From NCBI GenBank assembly GCA_012295275.1, contig CM022679.1, positions 1,054,001 to 1,118,000 on the forward strand: a stretch of DNA of 64,000 nucleotides. The letters are read 5' to 3'. The stretch comes from Chrysomallon squamiferum. Taxonomy: Eukaryota > Animalia > Mollusca. The notes beneath the pieces were generated by a model. The model saw only the letters and a program-made list of their open reading frames with translations, did not search any database and was not told the origin of the DNA. Below are positions 1-29,700 of this stretch, piece by piece; positions within the stretch are counted from its first letter, which is position 1; the number at the start of each line of letters is the position of its first letter. The position numbers and the translations under genes are program-made.

Positions 1-458
1 CTACATAATCATAATTATTGTTGTAATTTTTCTGTTGTTGCCGTATTATTATTATTATTACAATTGTTGTTGTTGTAATCATCATTATTATGATAATCAT
101 TAATATTATTGTTGTTATTACTGTTATTATTGTTATTGTTTTTGTTGTTATTGTTATTATTATTATTATTATTATTTTATTATTATTATTATTATTTTAT
201 TATTATTATTATTATCATCATCATAATCATTATTATTATTAATGTTGTTGTTATTGTTGCTATTATTGTTGTTGTTGTTATTGTTGTTTGTTGCTATTAT
301 TATTATTGTTGTTGTTCTTATTGTTGTCATTATGTTCGTATCTGTTTATTGTTACCGTTGTTGTTGCTATTATGATTATTAATACTAGGAATACTGTTGT
401 TATTGTAGACGTTTTCGTCGTTACCGTTGTTGTAGTTGTTGATGGTATTTTTACACAG

Positions 459-617
459 GGTGACAGTGGGAGTGCTCTGGCATGTCGTGCCTACAGACGT
501 TGGTACATTGTGGGAATCGTGTCGTTCACACACAAGTATTACCCCGGACAGTTCCCCGCCGTTTTTACCCGGGTCAGTTCCTATATCAGCTGGATTTTGA
601 AATACATTAAATCTTGA
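459..617 (+). CDS. Gene A: terminal exon of an S1A serine protease (upstream exons lie before the window)
   Basis: Acceptor ttacacag|459, then GDSGSALACRAYRRWYIVGIVSFTHKYYPGQFPAVFTRVSSYISWILKYIKS*. Contains the catalytic Ser motif GDSG and the PAVFTRVSSY..WI C-terminus. AATAAA at 649-654. Confidence 0.92.
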   Translation, partial: GDSGSALACRAYRRWYIVGIVSFTHKYYPGQFPAVFTRVSSYISWILKYIKS

Positions 618-708
618 AACTATAACTCAGTCCATTAAAATCTGCTGTAATAAAATTTATATACTGTTTGTGATGAATTCTTTCTTCCTGACTTTATGTA
701 TAAACAAA

Positions 709-787
<79 letters not shown>

Positions 788-1620
788 TAATAATTAAAAA
801 AAATAATAATAATAATAACAATAATAATAGTCATAATAAATAAATAAATAAATAAGCGACATTGTAGATTTTTGCAGTTATCAACAACATACTTTGACAA
901 TAACAACATACACTACTACAACAACTAAAACTACTACTACAATTTCTACTACTATTACTTTTATTATTTCTACTGCTACTATTACTAGTACATAACATAA
1001 ACAATACGAATGATAATGGTCACAATATATTATAGAAACAATGCCACAGGACACACACAAGTAAGTTCAACAAGCAAGTAAATAAAAAATTAAATACCAC
1101 CACCAAATCAATGATTAAATAAAATAATTAAATAAATAAAATGGTGGTAATAATAATACTGATAGCCATATTGATATTCAGAAAAATGATTATTATTATG
1201 AATACGTAGTTCCCATTTGCATTACAATTATTTGTATGCACACAGTCAAATAGCCACTTCGACCACTTGTGTCAGAAAATCAAGTTTTTAAATCGTTAGG
1301 TCGTGTCGTTATTACAGCATAATCAGAATTTTAAACACAAAAAACTATTATTATAAACCGAATATACCACAATGAATGATCAACTAACATATAATTGTTA
1401 TCTCCTTCTTTCTTTTTATTTTGTTTAATTTTTAAAATAATGTTAATTAATTAATTACTTTTTGTTGGGATTCTTGCTTACAGTTGAATAGTGTTCTTCA
1501 TCTTTTCTATTTTAATTATTTAAGAATTATATAATCAATAAATAAAATTTAATATCTGCATTATTTTCATTAATAAAAAAGAAATACTACTACTACTACT
1601 ATTAATAATAATAATAATAA

Positions 1621-1651
<31 letters not shown>

Positions 1652-1709
1652 AACTAAACAGATAAATAATAATAATAATAATAATAATAAGAAGAAGAAG
1701 AAGAAGAAG

Positions 1710-1745
<36 letters not shown>

Positions 1746-2151
1746 AATAATAAACTCTGGGCTTTTTACGAAATGTGAAATTTTAAAGTGACACAAACAA
1801 ATAATTAACAACTACAGTTTTCTTCTTAGATTTTCTTCCTCATTGACTTCCTTATTTTCTTCCTTATTGCCTTTTTTATTTTTTATTTTTTATTTTTTTA
1901 TTTTTTTTGTTTCTTTGTTTGTGTGGACATAGTACATTGACACAATTACATGCAGTTAGCAGTGACTATTCTGTTATTTTAAGTACATCTGAGTACATTC
2001 TGCAGACAGACAATATTAAATCATGACGTGACAAACACCAGATGGCGCTGGAAATAATCGAAACGAATGTACGAATTTCTTACATTACATTCTAGGAAGG
2101 AAAACTCGAAAGAAAGAGAATGTTCTAGACTTTATTCTGTAAGTGGAAACT

Positions 2152-8586
<6,435 letters not shown>

Positions 8587-9892
8587 TTTAAACATTCAAA
8601 TGTTAAAAATAGAACAACAACATCAAGAAAAAAATCCATCACCGCCTACTTTGATTAAATTATATAAATGTTGCACATTATTGTAAATGTTATTCCTGGA
8701 CTGGAGGAAAGGGGAGTTTTATAGTGAAATATAAAACCAGATATTTCTTATGATGTGACAGGAGCAGCAGGTGGTGGGAAGGTCAAATAAGAATAAAATC
8801 ATCAAAACCAGTGTTACAATTATTGGAGGTTTAACCCGTTAACGTTATCTACATTTCATCTCTTGCAACTTTTTTTTTTTTTTTTTCATATCAGGGTGTT
8901 GCTGCTTGTCCGTTTTTGTACGTTTTAAAGAATAAATCATTTTAGTGACTTAATAATATAATCAAACTGTCGAGCAAAAACAGTTTTCTAGGTTGTGTGA
9001 AAATAACACAGTCTGATACATTTCATTGCATACATCCCAGCTGATTTTCGATTATTTTCATTATTGATTTAATTCTTAGAAACTTATGATCACTATAACT
9101 GCCAGTTTGCAGCAAAGCATGTCAACAGATTATTATTATTATTATTATTATTACTTTTTTGTATTTATTTCTTTTCTTCAGGAAGTGAAAATAACACGTA
9201 GGTTTACATTGTGACTGCCAGTCGAACTAACCAACTTCTTAAACTTTCAGGTTTAACGTGTGGTTGAAATTTTCATAAAGCTAACAGGTAAAATGATTAA
9301 TTAAATTCCTGCGCACACTCACATTCTTGAGAAATCCAGACGTCTCGTATCTTGGGAATACTTTCCCAGGATGCTTACTAGGCTCACTACACCCAAAATA
9401 CAACACTAATGTCGCTTTGCCAGTACTTCTTCGTGAACAGTAAAGGGGAGACTAACGTACTGGGAGGGGACACAGAGTAAGGGTGATGGTCTACCGGTGT
9501 CATACAGCGTCAGTGATCACATCTGTCAAACTGTTGCTGGGATGCAACCAAATTTTAGGGTATTTGTGATCTGCCCGAACAAGCACTAACTAGGTAATTT
9601 GAAATTATAATGTCAAACAGAGACTTATCTTCACAATATCAGTACAATATGTCACAGTGCTTGTTTTGTGTTTTTTTGCTGATGAACCAAAAGAAGATGA
9701 CAAGTAAAATGTGTGGAAGATTCGTGTCTGAGATGACGTAAAGACAGCAGAGTCACGTTGCCAGATCCAGTGGGTCAGAGAGTGTAATGCTAAATTAAAA
9801 CGACGTTACATTTCTCCGGCTGTTAGAAAACAACAACAAAAGATGCATTTAACTTCATTTAATTCTTGTCTGAAAATAATGTGCGCGAAACG

Positions 9893-14611
<4,719 letters not shown>

Positions 14612-15060
14612 GTTGTCACTTTGAACTTTGGATTACGTTTAATTTCAATGCATAATTCTATTTTTTATTCTTTATTTATTTATTTATTTATTTAACTATT
14701 ATTATTATGATTATGATTATGATTATTATGATTATTATTATTATTATTATTTATTTATTTATTTTATTATTATTATTATTCTCTTGATGCGTACGTACCG
14801 CCTACTTCTATTCATCTGTGTGCATATTAGTTAAAAACCACAGTTTGGAATATTAACTCACATGATTGGATGGTGCAATCAGTAAAGAGGTTAAAGGTCA
14901 GAGTAGAGAGGTCCAATTGTTTCATTTGTTTTCTAGAAATCTGACAGCTAATGTGAACGCAGGAAGCATGATTTAGTTGAAACTTGGATAAACGACATCA
15001 TCATCATTATCAACAACAATAACAATACCAATAACATTAATAAGAAAAACAACGCCAATC

Positions 15061-15148
<88 letters not shown>

Positions 15149-15793
15149 CAATGGTTGTAGTTGCAGCAGTATTATTAATAATCACAGCAACAAAAACAAC
15201 AACAGTAACAACAATAGCAAAAACAAAATTAATAACAAAAATGATAATAATGATAATAACAGGAACTTTTCTTATTACAAATGAACAGTAAACAAACTGG
15301 ACATTATTATTTAAGCATTACAATACGAAAAAAAAAAAAAAAAAAAGAAGGAAAAGAGACAGATGTTAGAATGCAGAAAAATAATTAAAAAATTAACACA
15401 CGTAGCACAACAAAACAACTACTGGTGGGATTCGCTAACCGTACTGGGAATATGTTATCTTTCCTTGCTGCCCTAAACACGTGACTCGATTGCTTAATGG
15501 ATCATCCTAGTCTGCTGATCAGTGTATTTCTAATGCTGATCATTACCAAAGCTGTGGGCAGGCAAATGTTATGTCAGTCCTGTATGAATAAACAGTTCTA
15601 AACAAGACCGCGCTGTCAGTGAAAGCTGGAGGCAGCATATATTGTTGTCGACGGTTTGCTGTCAACCCCCGTCCCCTCCCACCCTCTCTGCTGTTAGACA
15701 GGGAGAGGCCGAAAGCGTGTTTTGAAACATAAACGAGAACTCGAAAAATATTCCGTTAGTGCGAGGCGCGTAATGTCACTGAGTGCACACTCG

Positions 15794-16880
15794 ACATTTT
15801 AATACTAATAGCTGTAAACACATTATTAGTTTGCTACCGAACAAACACGACATTTTAATACTAATAGCTGTAAACACATTATTAGTTTGCTACCGAACAA
15901 ACACGACATTTTAATACTAATAGCTGTAAACACATTATTAGTTTGCTACCGAACAAACACGACATTTTAATACTAATAGCTGTAAACACATTATTAGTTT
16001 GCTACCGAACAAACACAACATTTTAATACTAATAGCTCTTTCTGTAAACACATTATTAGTTTGCTACCGAACAAACACGACATTTTAATACTAATAGCTG
16101 TAAACACATTATTAGTTTGCTACCGAACAAACACAACATTTTAATACTAATAGCTCTTTAAACACATTATTAGTTTGCTACCGAACAAACACAACATTTT
16201 AATACTAATAGCTGTAAACACATTATTAGTTTGCTACCGAACAAACACAACATTTTAATACTAATAGCTGTAAACACATTATTAGTTTGCTACCGAACAA
16301 ACACAACATTTTAATACTAATAGCTCTTTAAACACATTATTAGCTTGCTACCGAACAAACACAACATTTTAATACTAATAGCTGTAAACACATTATTAGT
16401 TTGCTACCGAACAAACGCAACATTTTAATACTAATAGCTGTAAACACATTATTAGTTTGCTACAGAACAAACACAACATTTTAATACTAATAGCTGTAAA
16501 CACATTATTAGTTTGCTACCGAACAAACACAACATTTCAATACTAATAGCTGTAAACACATTATTAGTTTGCTACCGAACAAACACAACATTTTAATACT
16601 AATAGCTGTAAACACATTATTAGTTTGCTACCGAACAAACACAACATTTCAATACTAATAGCTGTAAACACATTATTAGTTTGCTACAGAACAAACACAA
16701 CATTTTAATACTAATAGCTCTTTAAACACATTATTAGTTTGCTACCGAACAAACACAACATTTTAATACTAATAGCTCTGTAAACACATTATTAGTTTGC
16801 TACCGAACAAACACAACATTTCAATACTAATAGCTGTAAACACATTATTAGTTTGCTACAGAACAAACACAACATTTTAA
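15794..16880. repeat. 56-bp tandem repeat, ~19 copies, between the divergent genes C and D
   Basis: Unit ACATTTTAATACTAATAGCTGTAAACACATTATTAGTTTGCTACCGAACAAACACR, with no unique spacers. Confidence 0.95.
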
Positions 16881-17022
16881 GATCGGTAGTTGTGACAGCT
16901 TATTGTAATAAATATTCATGTCATGTCTTCTTATGTTTGATGTTGTTCTTTGTTTGTTTTTTAATGCGAAAATTGTGGTTGTTTTTGTTTTTCCTGTTGT
17001 TTATTTCTCAGTTGTTTGTTTG

Positions 17023-17064
<42 letters not shown>

Positions 17065-18421
17065 TTGTTACTGTTGATAGTTTTGGTCTTCGCTTTTGAA
17101 ATTAAATAATGTATTCGATGAAAAATAACAAATATTATTATAATAATAACATTTTATGTTAGCAACTAAAATAAGCAAAATAAATATAAAACATTTTAAA
17201 ATAAACATCATAGAGCATTCTAAAGTAACACACACAAATAACCTTCTAAAATAAAGATATAAATAGTATTTTAAAAACAAATTTCAAAGATGCGGCCGTT
17301 TTTATTTCATGGTCGCCGTCATTTGGTAATAAAATTTAAGATTTTATTGCAGAAATTAATTGATTTTTTATGATCTGAACAATTTCAGATCAGTAATTCT
17401 GAAAGAAAATGCTTGTTATCTGTCCTAATAAACAGGCTTTTGTCTCATTTCATTTTCGGAGGAGCTTAAATAAAACCAGCTATTAAACAGAGATCGAGAT
17501 GATTTGTTATATATACATACTAAATGTGGGTTTTTTTTATCAGATCAAAGAGTTTGTCATTACAAAACGAAATTCAGAGATCATGTGCTATTTGTTTTAC
17601 CGTGTATTTTTTGGCCATTGATGTAGACTTGCGGTACAGTTTATTCAACGTTATGGAATTATTCTTGACCATCTTGGAAAACGGATGCCATTCTGAAATG
17701 CATATTTTTCAGCGTATTTATAATTTAAGAAAAAGCACGAACATATTTTTAATCTGATAATTAAAACAGCTTCTATAGCAAAGTTTCTATGAATGAAATA
17801 ACGAATTGTTAGGAAAAGATTCTGTTGACGTGCACATAGATGGCTGTTTATAGAAACTGTTTGCTTGTATCATCACCTGAACATCATTACTACGTGCTCC
17901 GTTGCTAGCATTTACTATACAGGCTGCAGACGTGGCTTGATTAGTGAATTAATTTCTACTACACTTAGCGAACTTTAACATCATCACAGATATTTGTGCA
18001 AAATAGAGAACATTACTTATTTCTAACACCTTACGTTAACCCACAGTGAGTCGTATTTATTAACCATCAATGGGCGAGAGTCAGTTTTACAATGCACTAT
18101 TTGAATAACGAACTGTAAATATAGCATTCTAAAAGGTATAATACTGCAAAATAACTAAAGAAATAAATAAGCTACATTAATTTACACAATGCAAAGCAAA
18201 AGGAAACAACTTTAATTTAAAAAAAAAATCAGTTCATAAATATGACATGCTGTTTATCAAATGTACTCTGAAGTTCTGAATAGTATGTAAATATAAAGCC
18301 TATATAAGTTGATGTAGAGATATATCATGCAAATATATACCGCGCATCAGTTAATGTAGAGATGTGTTATGTAAACATATATGTAAGTTATGTTACTTCT
18401 ACTGTACATAGCCACCTATAC

Positions 18422-18935
18422 AAGCTGTACAAGGTTTCACTCACTCTGTGCTGTACAAGCTTTCACTCACTCTGTGCTGTACAAGGTTTCACTCACTCTG
18501 TGCTGTACAAGGTTTCACTCACTCTAACTGTGCTGTACAAGGTTTCACTCACTCTGTGCTGTACAAGGTTTCACTCACTCTAACTGTGCTGTACAAGGTT
18601 TCACTCACTCTAACTGTGCTGTGCAAGCTTTCACTCACTGTGTGCTGTGCAAGCTTTCACTCACTGTGTGCTGTACAAGCTTTCACTCACTCTCTGTTGT
18701 GCAAGCTTTCACTCACTGTGTGCTGTACAAGCTTTCACTCACTGTGTGCTGTGCAAGCTTTCACTCACTCTGTGCTGTACAATCTTTCACTCTCTCTGTG
18801 TTGTGCAAACTTTCACTCACTGTGTGCTGTACAAGCTTTCACTCACTGTGTACTGTGCAAGCTTTCACTCACTGTGTACTGTACAAGCTTTCACTCACTG
18901 TGTACTGTACAAGCTTTCACTCACTCTCACTCACA
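18422..18935. repeat. 26/30-bp minisatellite upstream of gene D
   Basis: Unit CTGTGCTGTACAAGCTTTCACTCACT, sometimes with an added CTAA. Confidence 0.95.
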
Positions 18936-19160
18936 GTCTACACCAGACGTTTAAGGCTGATATGATGCCAAAGTATAACATTAGTTTTATTGTTTTAATA
19001 GTTTCCTTAATATGTGTCTCGATGTGAATAATTCTTTTTCGTAGTTATAAGAACAAAGAATTATAAATAACAAATATTTATTTTTCTATTTGTTTCTGTT
19101 TCTCATTTTTAAACATTGTCAGTTGTATCTATCTGTGTACGTGTGTATGTTTTACACACA

Positions 19161-19202
<42 letters not shown>

Positions 19203-19264
19203 ATATACATGCGCCACATACAAGTATTTTTTCACTTCATTTGAAATCACACCTACACATACTA

Positions 19265-19338
19265 TTTGTTACATAACAGGTGACTATAAAATCTGGCACA
19301 ACCCGCACCATGCAAATGGTTTAATCGTTATGATCAGC
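19265..19338 (+). promoter_or_regulatory. Putative core promoter of gene D (E-box + TATA)
   Basis: CAGGTG at 19277-19282, then TATAAAA at 19285-19291, 54 nt before the ATG. The block is conserved upstream of every + strand paralog. Confidence 0.6.
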
Positions 19339-23247
<3,909 letters not shown>

Positions 23248-24423
23248 TGTCATTTTCTGCCCTCTGATATTGCGAAATTTTCATTTAAACAACAACAAAT
23301 TAAATATAACTAAAACTTTATTCTTTCTTTGTAATAAATATTCTGAAATATGTTTTGAGATACATTCTCCGCGTTAAATATATATGCAAACATACATACA
23401 TACAGATACAGCGAATGACGCCATATATTGTCATCTGACACTTTGACTGGATTATAGAAAAACGAAAACGCTCAAACATCTTTAAACAGATTTATCACAA
23501 AAAAAAAAATAAAACAACAAAAAACGAAAAGGACGAAGACTTATTCTTATTTATATAATTGGAAGAAAAAACAAATCTATAGATGCATTTTGTTCTAAAC
23601 TGGAAGTTAAAGTGATCATAACCTTCTAAGAATTAAAACAATCTCATAGAATGCAAATAATCGAAAATCTGTAGGGGATCTATTGAAAATGTAGAATGTA
23701 GAAAACGCTCTATCGCGCGTTCACACACAAACACACGTGCCAACAGTAAACATTTAATGCAGTGAAATGAAATAATGATAAATATCCCGTCTAATGACAG
23801 TAGTTTGATCGCAATTTTGATGGGATAATGGTTTCTTTACTATCGATACGCCCAAAACATGTTATTTTCACACAACCTAGAAAACTGTTTTTGCTCGATA
23901 GTTTGATTATATTATTAAGTCACTACAATGATTTTATTCTTTAAAACTTAAAAACCGGACGAGCAGCAACACTCGAGATAGGAGGAGGGAGCAAAAAATT
24001 CCCAGACAATTTGGAAATATGATGATCAAATGTAGAAAACTTCGCTTTAACAAAAGAATACTTTAAAGACGGATTCACTGGAACAAAAAAAAAAAATAAG
24101 TAAGTAAGTAAAAAAATAAATAAATAAATAAAATAAAATAAAACGAATAACATCATGTTCAACATTTCTGTAACTTTTCACTAACAATAAAAGTTTAAAA
24201 TCAATAAAATGTTATCGAATCTTCGTATTAACTGTGAAACATTTAAAGATAAACATACAGGTAGAGAGTATAAAACATGTGTTTAAAAACAGTATCAATT
24301 AAAATATCAGTTAGGTGAAAACTGTTATTAAGTCGTAATTGAAAATCCGAAAATAAACCGAACCAGAGATACAGGTAAAAAAATGATCTATCGACTTTAT
24401 TATTATTAGTACCACAATTACTA

Positions 24424-24496
<73 letters not shown>

Positions 24497-26400
24497 ACTC
24501 TGAAAATGCATCTCAAGTTACTTTTTTGAAGTGTATATATGCTACGTATAATTCAGACATTATATCTTATCTGTGATACAACAAGAATTACGTGTACTAC
24601 TCTAAACATTTTATCTACACCATACATCTTTAAATGAACTTACATACAGATTTATATGTACATACCACGTCTCTACATTAACTTACACACACATCTATAT
24701 TTACATCACACACCTCTACATTAACTTACATCCACGTGTATCTACACCATACATCTTTAAATGAACTTACATACAGATTTATATCTACATAGCACATCTC
24801 TACATTAACTTACACACACATCTACATTTACATAGCACACCTCTACATTAACTTACGGGCACATTTACATAGAAAATTTGCCTAAATACACGTCGGTATT
24901 TACATCACACAAAATTTCCATTGCGTTCGTTAGAGACGATCTGCCTGAGAGAGAAAAATCACTGTAGCTCTCTGTCTTCTGAAATTTAGTCTTTTATGCT
25001 ATACATATTCCCTGATGTTGTTTCATCTGTTACTCTACAACTGTAATACAGTTTATACCATATAAAATATGAAAGTTCTTCTTTCAGTTCTTAGTGTTTA
25101 AATAAAGACTAGTCAGTTTGTTCTGATAAATGTAAGTTGTTCTTTGAAGTAATACTCAGGAGCATGCAGATGTTTTCACAGTAAAGTCACGGTAAAGAGT
25201 TTTAATTTTTTCAGATACTTAGTAGTAATAGCCAGTATAAGAAAATCTGTTTTCCTGAATTGTAGTGTTTCCTTCTTGACTGATGAAATAACTAAACACT
25301 TAAACACTATCACCAAAGAAGTACTTCCATTTATGAAGACAATGGCAGAGTTTGATTACAGTGATACTGTCTAAGAGATCAAACAATTTCAGTAAAAATC
25401 AATAAAATAAGTATTAAACATTCACGTATTGTGGATAATATTCTCTGTAATCTCTCTCTCTGTAAAATATATATATATATATATATATATATACGCCGCA
25501 CATAGAGATCTATTCATGCCATCTGTAACCACACCTATACATATCATTTGTTACATAACAGGTGACTGTAAATTCTGGCATAATCCGTCCCACGCCATTT
25601 GTTTACTTCATTATCGTCAGCATGATTCGTTTTTGTCTTCTTCTGAGTCTTCCAATTTTTTCAATGGATAAGAAAGTGTTTCTCTGAAGCAGACCAGGCT
25701 GTAACTTACTGTAGATAGTCTGTGAACACAGCTGTTTGTATGTGTCAATATATATTACGAGTTGTCGCTAGGCACTTGACTGCGGCCCAGAAGGTTAACT
25801 GACAGCTCTGTCCTGCTGCAATACGGTGTTACGTCTCTGCACATGAGCAGAGGGTAGAATGTAATCACGACAAGCTGCGTTAGTCCGTCAGATGTGACAC
25901 TGCAAACAAACAACGTGTGTAAGCGTCATCTGGCATGTGCTATATCGAAGACTGTGTTTTCATGAATATATATTGATTTTTTCCTGTCTCTAATTTGGGA
26001 AAATGTCTAAATGTGTATTAGTTACATTTCCCATTAGTGTGTGTATTATATATGTATATGTATAAAATGTGTATAAATATGAAAACATTTATGTGTCTGT
26101 ATGTGTGTAAGTATGTGTGTAAATATGTTTGTAACAATGTATCGATGCATATATGTATGTATATATATGTGTGTGTATTTATTTATATATGTAAATCCAT
26201 GTACATGTATGCGTTTTCCTATGTGTATGTATGTAATAACAAGTATACATGTCACTTATTTCTATTCATTTTCATATCAAAATCATCATGGAGGAAAATA
26301 TCGTAGACGACGTTTTCAACTACATTCAACAAGTATTAGATTAACATCAAACCCTATAGAATTATAACGCATCCATACTTTGATTCAAGTGAGTAGTTAT

Positions 26401-29400
26401 CTCTACATTAACTTACATCCACATCTACATTTACATCACACATCTCTACATTAACTTACATCGACATCTACATTTACATCACACATCTCTACATTAACTT
26501 ACATCCACATCTATATTTATATCACATATCTACATTAATTTACATCCACATCTATATTTATATCACACATCTCTACATTAACTTACATCACACACCTCTA
26601 CATTAACTTACATCCACATCTATATTTACATCACACATCTCTACATTAACTTACATCCACATCTACATTTACATCACAACCTCTACATTAACTTACATCC
26701 ACATCTATATTTACATCACACATCTCTACATTAACTTACATCCACATCTACATTTACATCACAACCTCTACATTAACTTACATCCACATCTATATTTACA
26801 TCACACATCTCTACATTAACTTACATCCACACATCATACATCTACATTTACATCACACACCTCTACATTAACTTACATCCACATCTATATTTACATCACA
26901 CACCTCTACATTAACTTACATCCACATCTATATTTACATCACACCTCTACATTAACTTACATCCACATCTATATTTACATCACACACCTCTACATTAACT
27001 TACATCCACATCTACATTTACATCACAACCTCTACATTAACTTACATCCACATCTATGTTTACATCACACACCTCTACATTAACTTACATACACATCTCT
27101 ACATTAACTTACATCCACATCTATGTTTACATCACACACCTCTACATTAACTTACATCACACATCTCTACATTAACTTACATCCACATCTATGTTTACAT
27201 CCACATCTCTACATTCCACATCTCTACATTAACTTACATCCACATCTATGTTTACATCACACACCTCTACATTAACTTACATCCACACCTCTACATTAAC
27301 TTACATCCACATCTATGTTTACATCACACACCTCTACATTAACTTACATCCACATCTATCTATTTACATCACACACACATAACTTACATACACATCTCTA
27401 CATTAACTTACATCCACATCTTATATTTACATCACACACTTACATCTTACATTAACTTACATCCACATCATTATATTTACATCACACACCTCTACATTAA
27501 CTTACATCCACATCTACATTTTTACATCATCACATATGTTTACATCACTACATTAACTTACATCACACACCTGTACATCTAATTTACATCCATCATCACA
27601 CACCTCTACATTATTCTTACATTTACATTACATCACACCTGTAACTTACATCCACATCTATGTTTACATCACACATCTACATTTTACATCACACATTAAC
27701 TTACATCCACATCTATGTTTACATCACACACCTCTACATTAACTTACATCCACATCTACATTAACTTTACATCCACATCTATACATTTACATTAATTTAC
27801 ATCACACATCTCTACATTAACTTACATATATCTATGTTTACATCACACACCTCTACATTAACTTACATCCACATCTATATTTACATCACACACCTCTACA
27901 TTAACTTACATCCACATCTCTACATTAACTTACATCCACATCTATATTTACATCACACATCTCTACATTAACTTACATCCACATCTATATTTACATCACA
28001 CATCTCTACATTAACTTACATCCACATCTATATTTACATCACACATCTCTACATTAACTTACATCCACATCTATATTTACATCACACACCTCTACATTAA
28101 CTTACATCCACACATTTTTCACACATTTCTACATTAACTTACATCCACATCTATATTTACATCACACATCTCTTACATCCACATCTATTTACATCACACA
28201 TATTATGTTTACATCACACACCTCTACATTAACTTACATCCACATTTACATAGCACATCCTACATAACTTACACCTCTACATTAACTTTACTTACATCCA
28301 CATCATTTACATCCACATCTCTACATTAACTTACATCCACATCTACATTAACTTACATCCACATCTATATTTACATCACACATCTCTACATTAACTTACA
28401 TCACACACCTGTACATTAACTTACATCCACATCTATATTTACATAGCACATCTCTACATTAACTTACATCCACATCTATATTTACATCACACACCTGTAC
28501 ATTAACTTACATCCACATCTCTACATTAACTTACATACACATCTATATTTACATCACACATCTCTACATTAACTTACATCCACATCTATATTTACATCAC
28601 AGATCTCTACATTAACTTACATTTACTACATTAACTTACATCCACACATTTACATCACAACCTCTACATTAACTTACATCCACATCTATGTTTACATCAC
28701 ACACCTCTACATTAACTTACATACACATCTCTACATTAACTTACATCCACATCTATGTTTACATCACACACCTCTACATTAACTTACATACACATCTCTA
28801 CATTAACTTACATACACATCTATATTTACATCACACACCTCTACATTACTTACATCATCTCACACTTACATCCACATCTATATTTACATCACACACCTTA
28901 CATTAACTTACATCCACATCTATATTTACATCACACATCTCTACATTAACTTACATCCACATCTCTACATTAACTTACATACACATCTATATTTACATCA
29001 CACATCTCTACATTAACTTACATCCACATCTATATTTACATCAGAGATCTCTACTTTAACTTACATCCAAATCTATATTTACATCACATATCTACATTAA
29101 CTTACATCCACATCTAAATTTACATCACACACCTCTACATTAACTTACATCCACATCTATATTTACATCACACATTTCTACATTAACTTACATCCACATC
29201 TATATTTACATAGCACATCTCTACATTAACTTACATCCAAATCTATATTTACATCACACATCTCTACATTAACTTACATCACACACCTGTACATTAACTT
29301 ACATCCACATCTATATTTACATAGCACATCTCTACATTAACTTACATCCACATCTATATTTACATCACACATCTCTACATTAACTTACATCCACATCTAT

Positions 29401-29700
29401 ATTTACATCACACACCTGTACATTAACTTACATCCACATCTATATTTACATCACACATCTCTACATTAACTTACATCACACACCTGTACATTAACTTACA
29501 TCCACATCTATATTTACATAGCACATCTCTACATTAACTTACATCCACATCTATATTTACATCACAACCTCTACATTAACTTACATCCACATGTATATTT
29601 ACATCACACACCTGTACATTAACTTACATCCACATCTCTACATTAACTTACATCCACATCTATATTTACATAGCACACCTCTACATTAACTTACGGGCAC
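26401..29700. repeat. 43-bp minisatellite, ~3.3 kb, in intron 4 of pseudogene E
   Basis: Unit CTCTACATTAACTTACATCCACATCTATATTTACATCACACAT, made of two related half-units. Irregular in the middle. Confidence 0.95.

Noticed and set aside
9240-9600. GC-richer unique stretch between genes C and B, possibly a retroelement fragment
   Set aside because: No convincing protein motif or terminal structure could be read by eye.
15794-16880. Regular array superficially like a CRISPR
   Set aside because: Head-to-tail near-identical units with no unique spacers, no cas genes, and a eukaryotic context.
17150-17800. Possible MITE-like segment (aagatgcggcc...ccatcttgg motifs)
   Set aside because: Terminal inverted repeats and a target-site duplication could not be defined.
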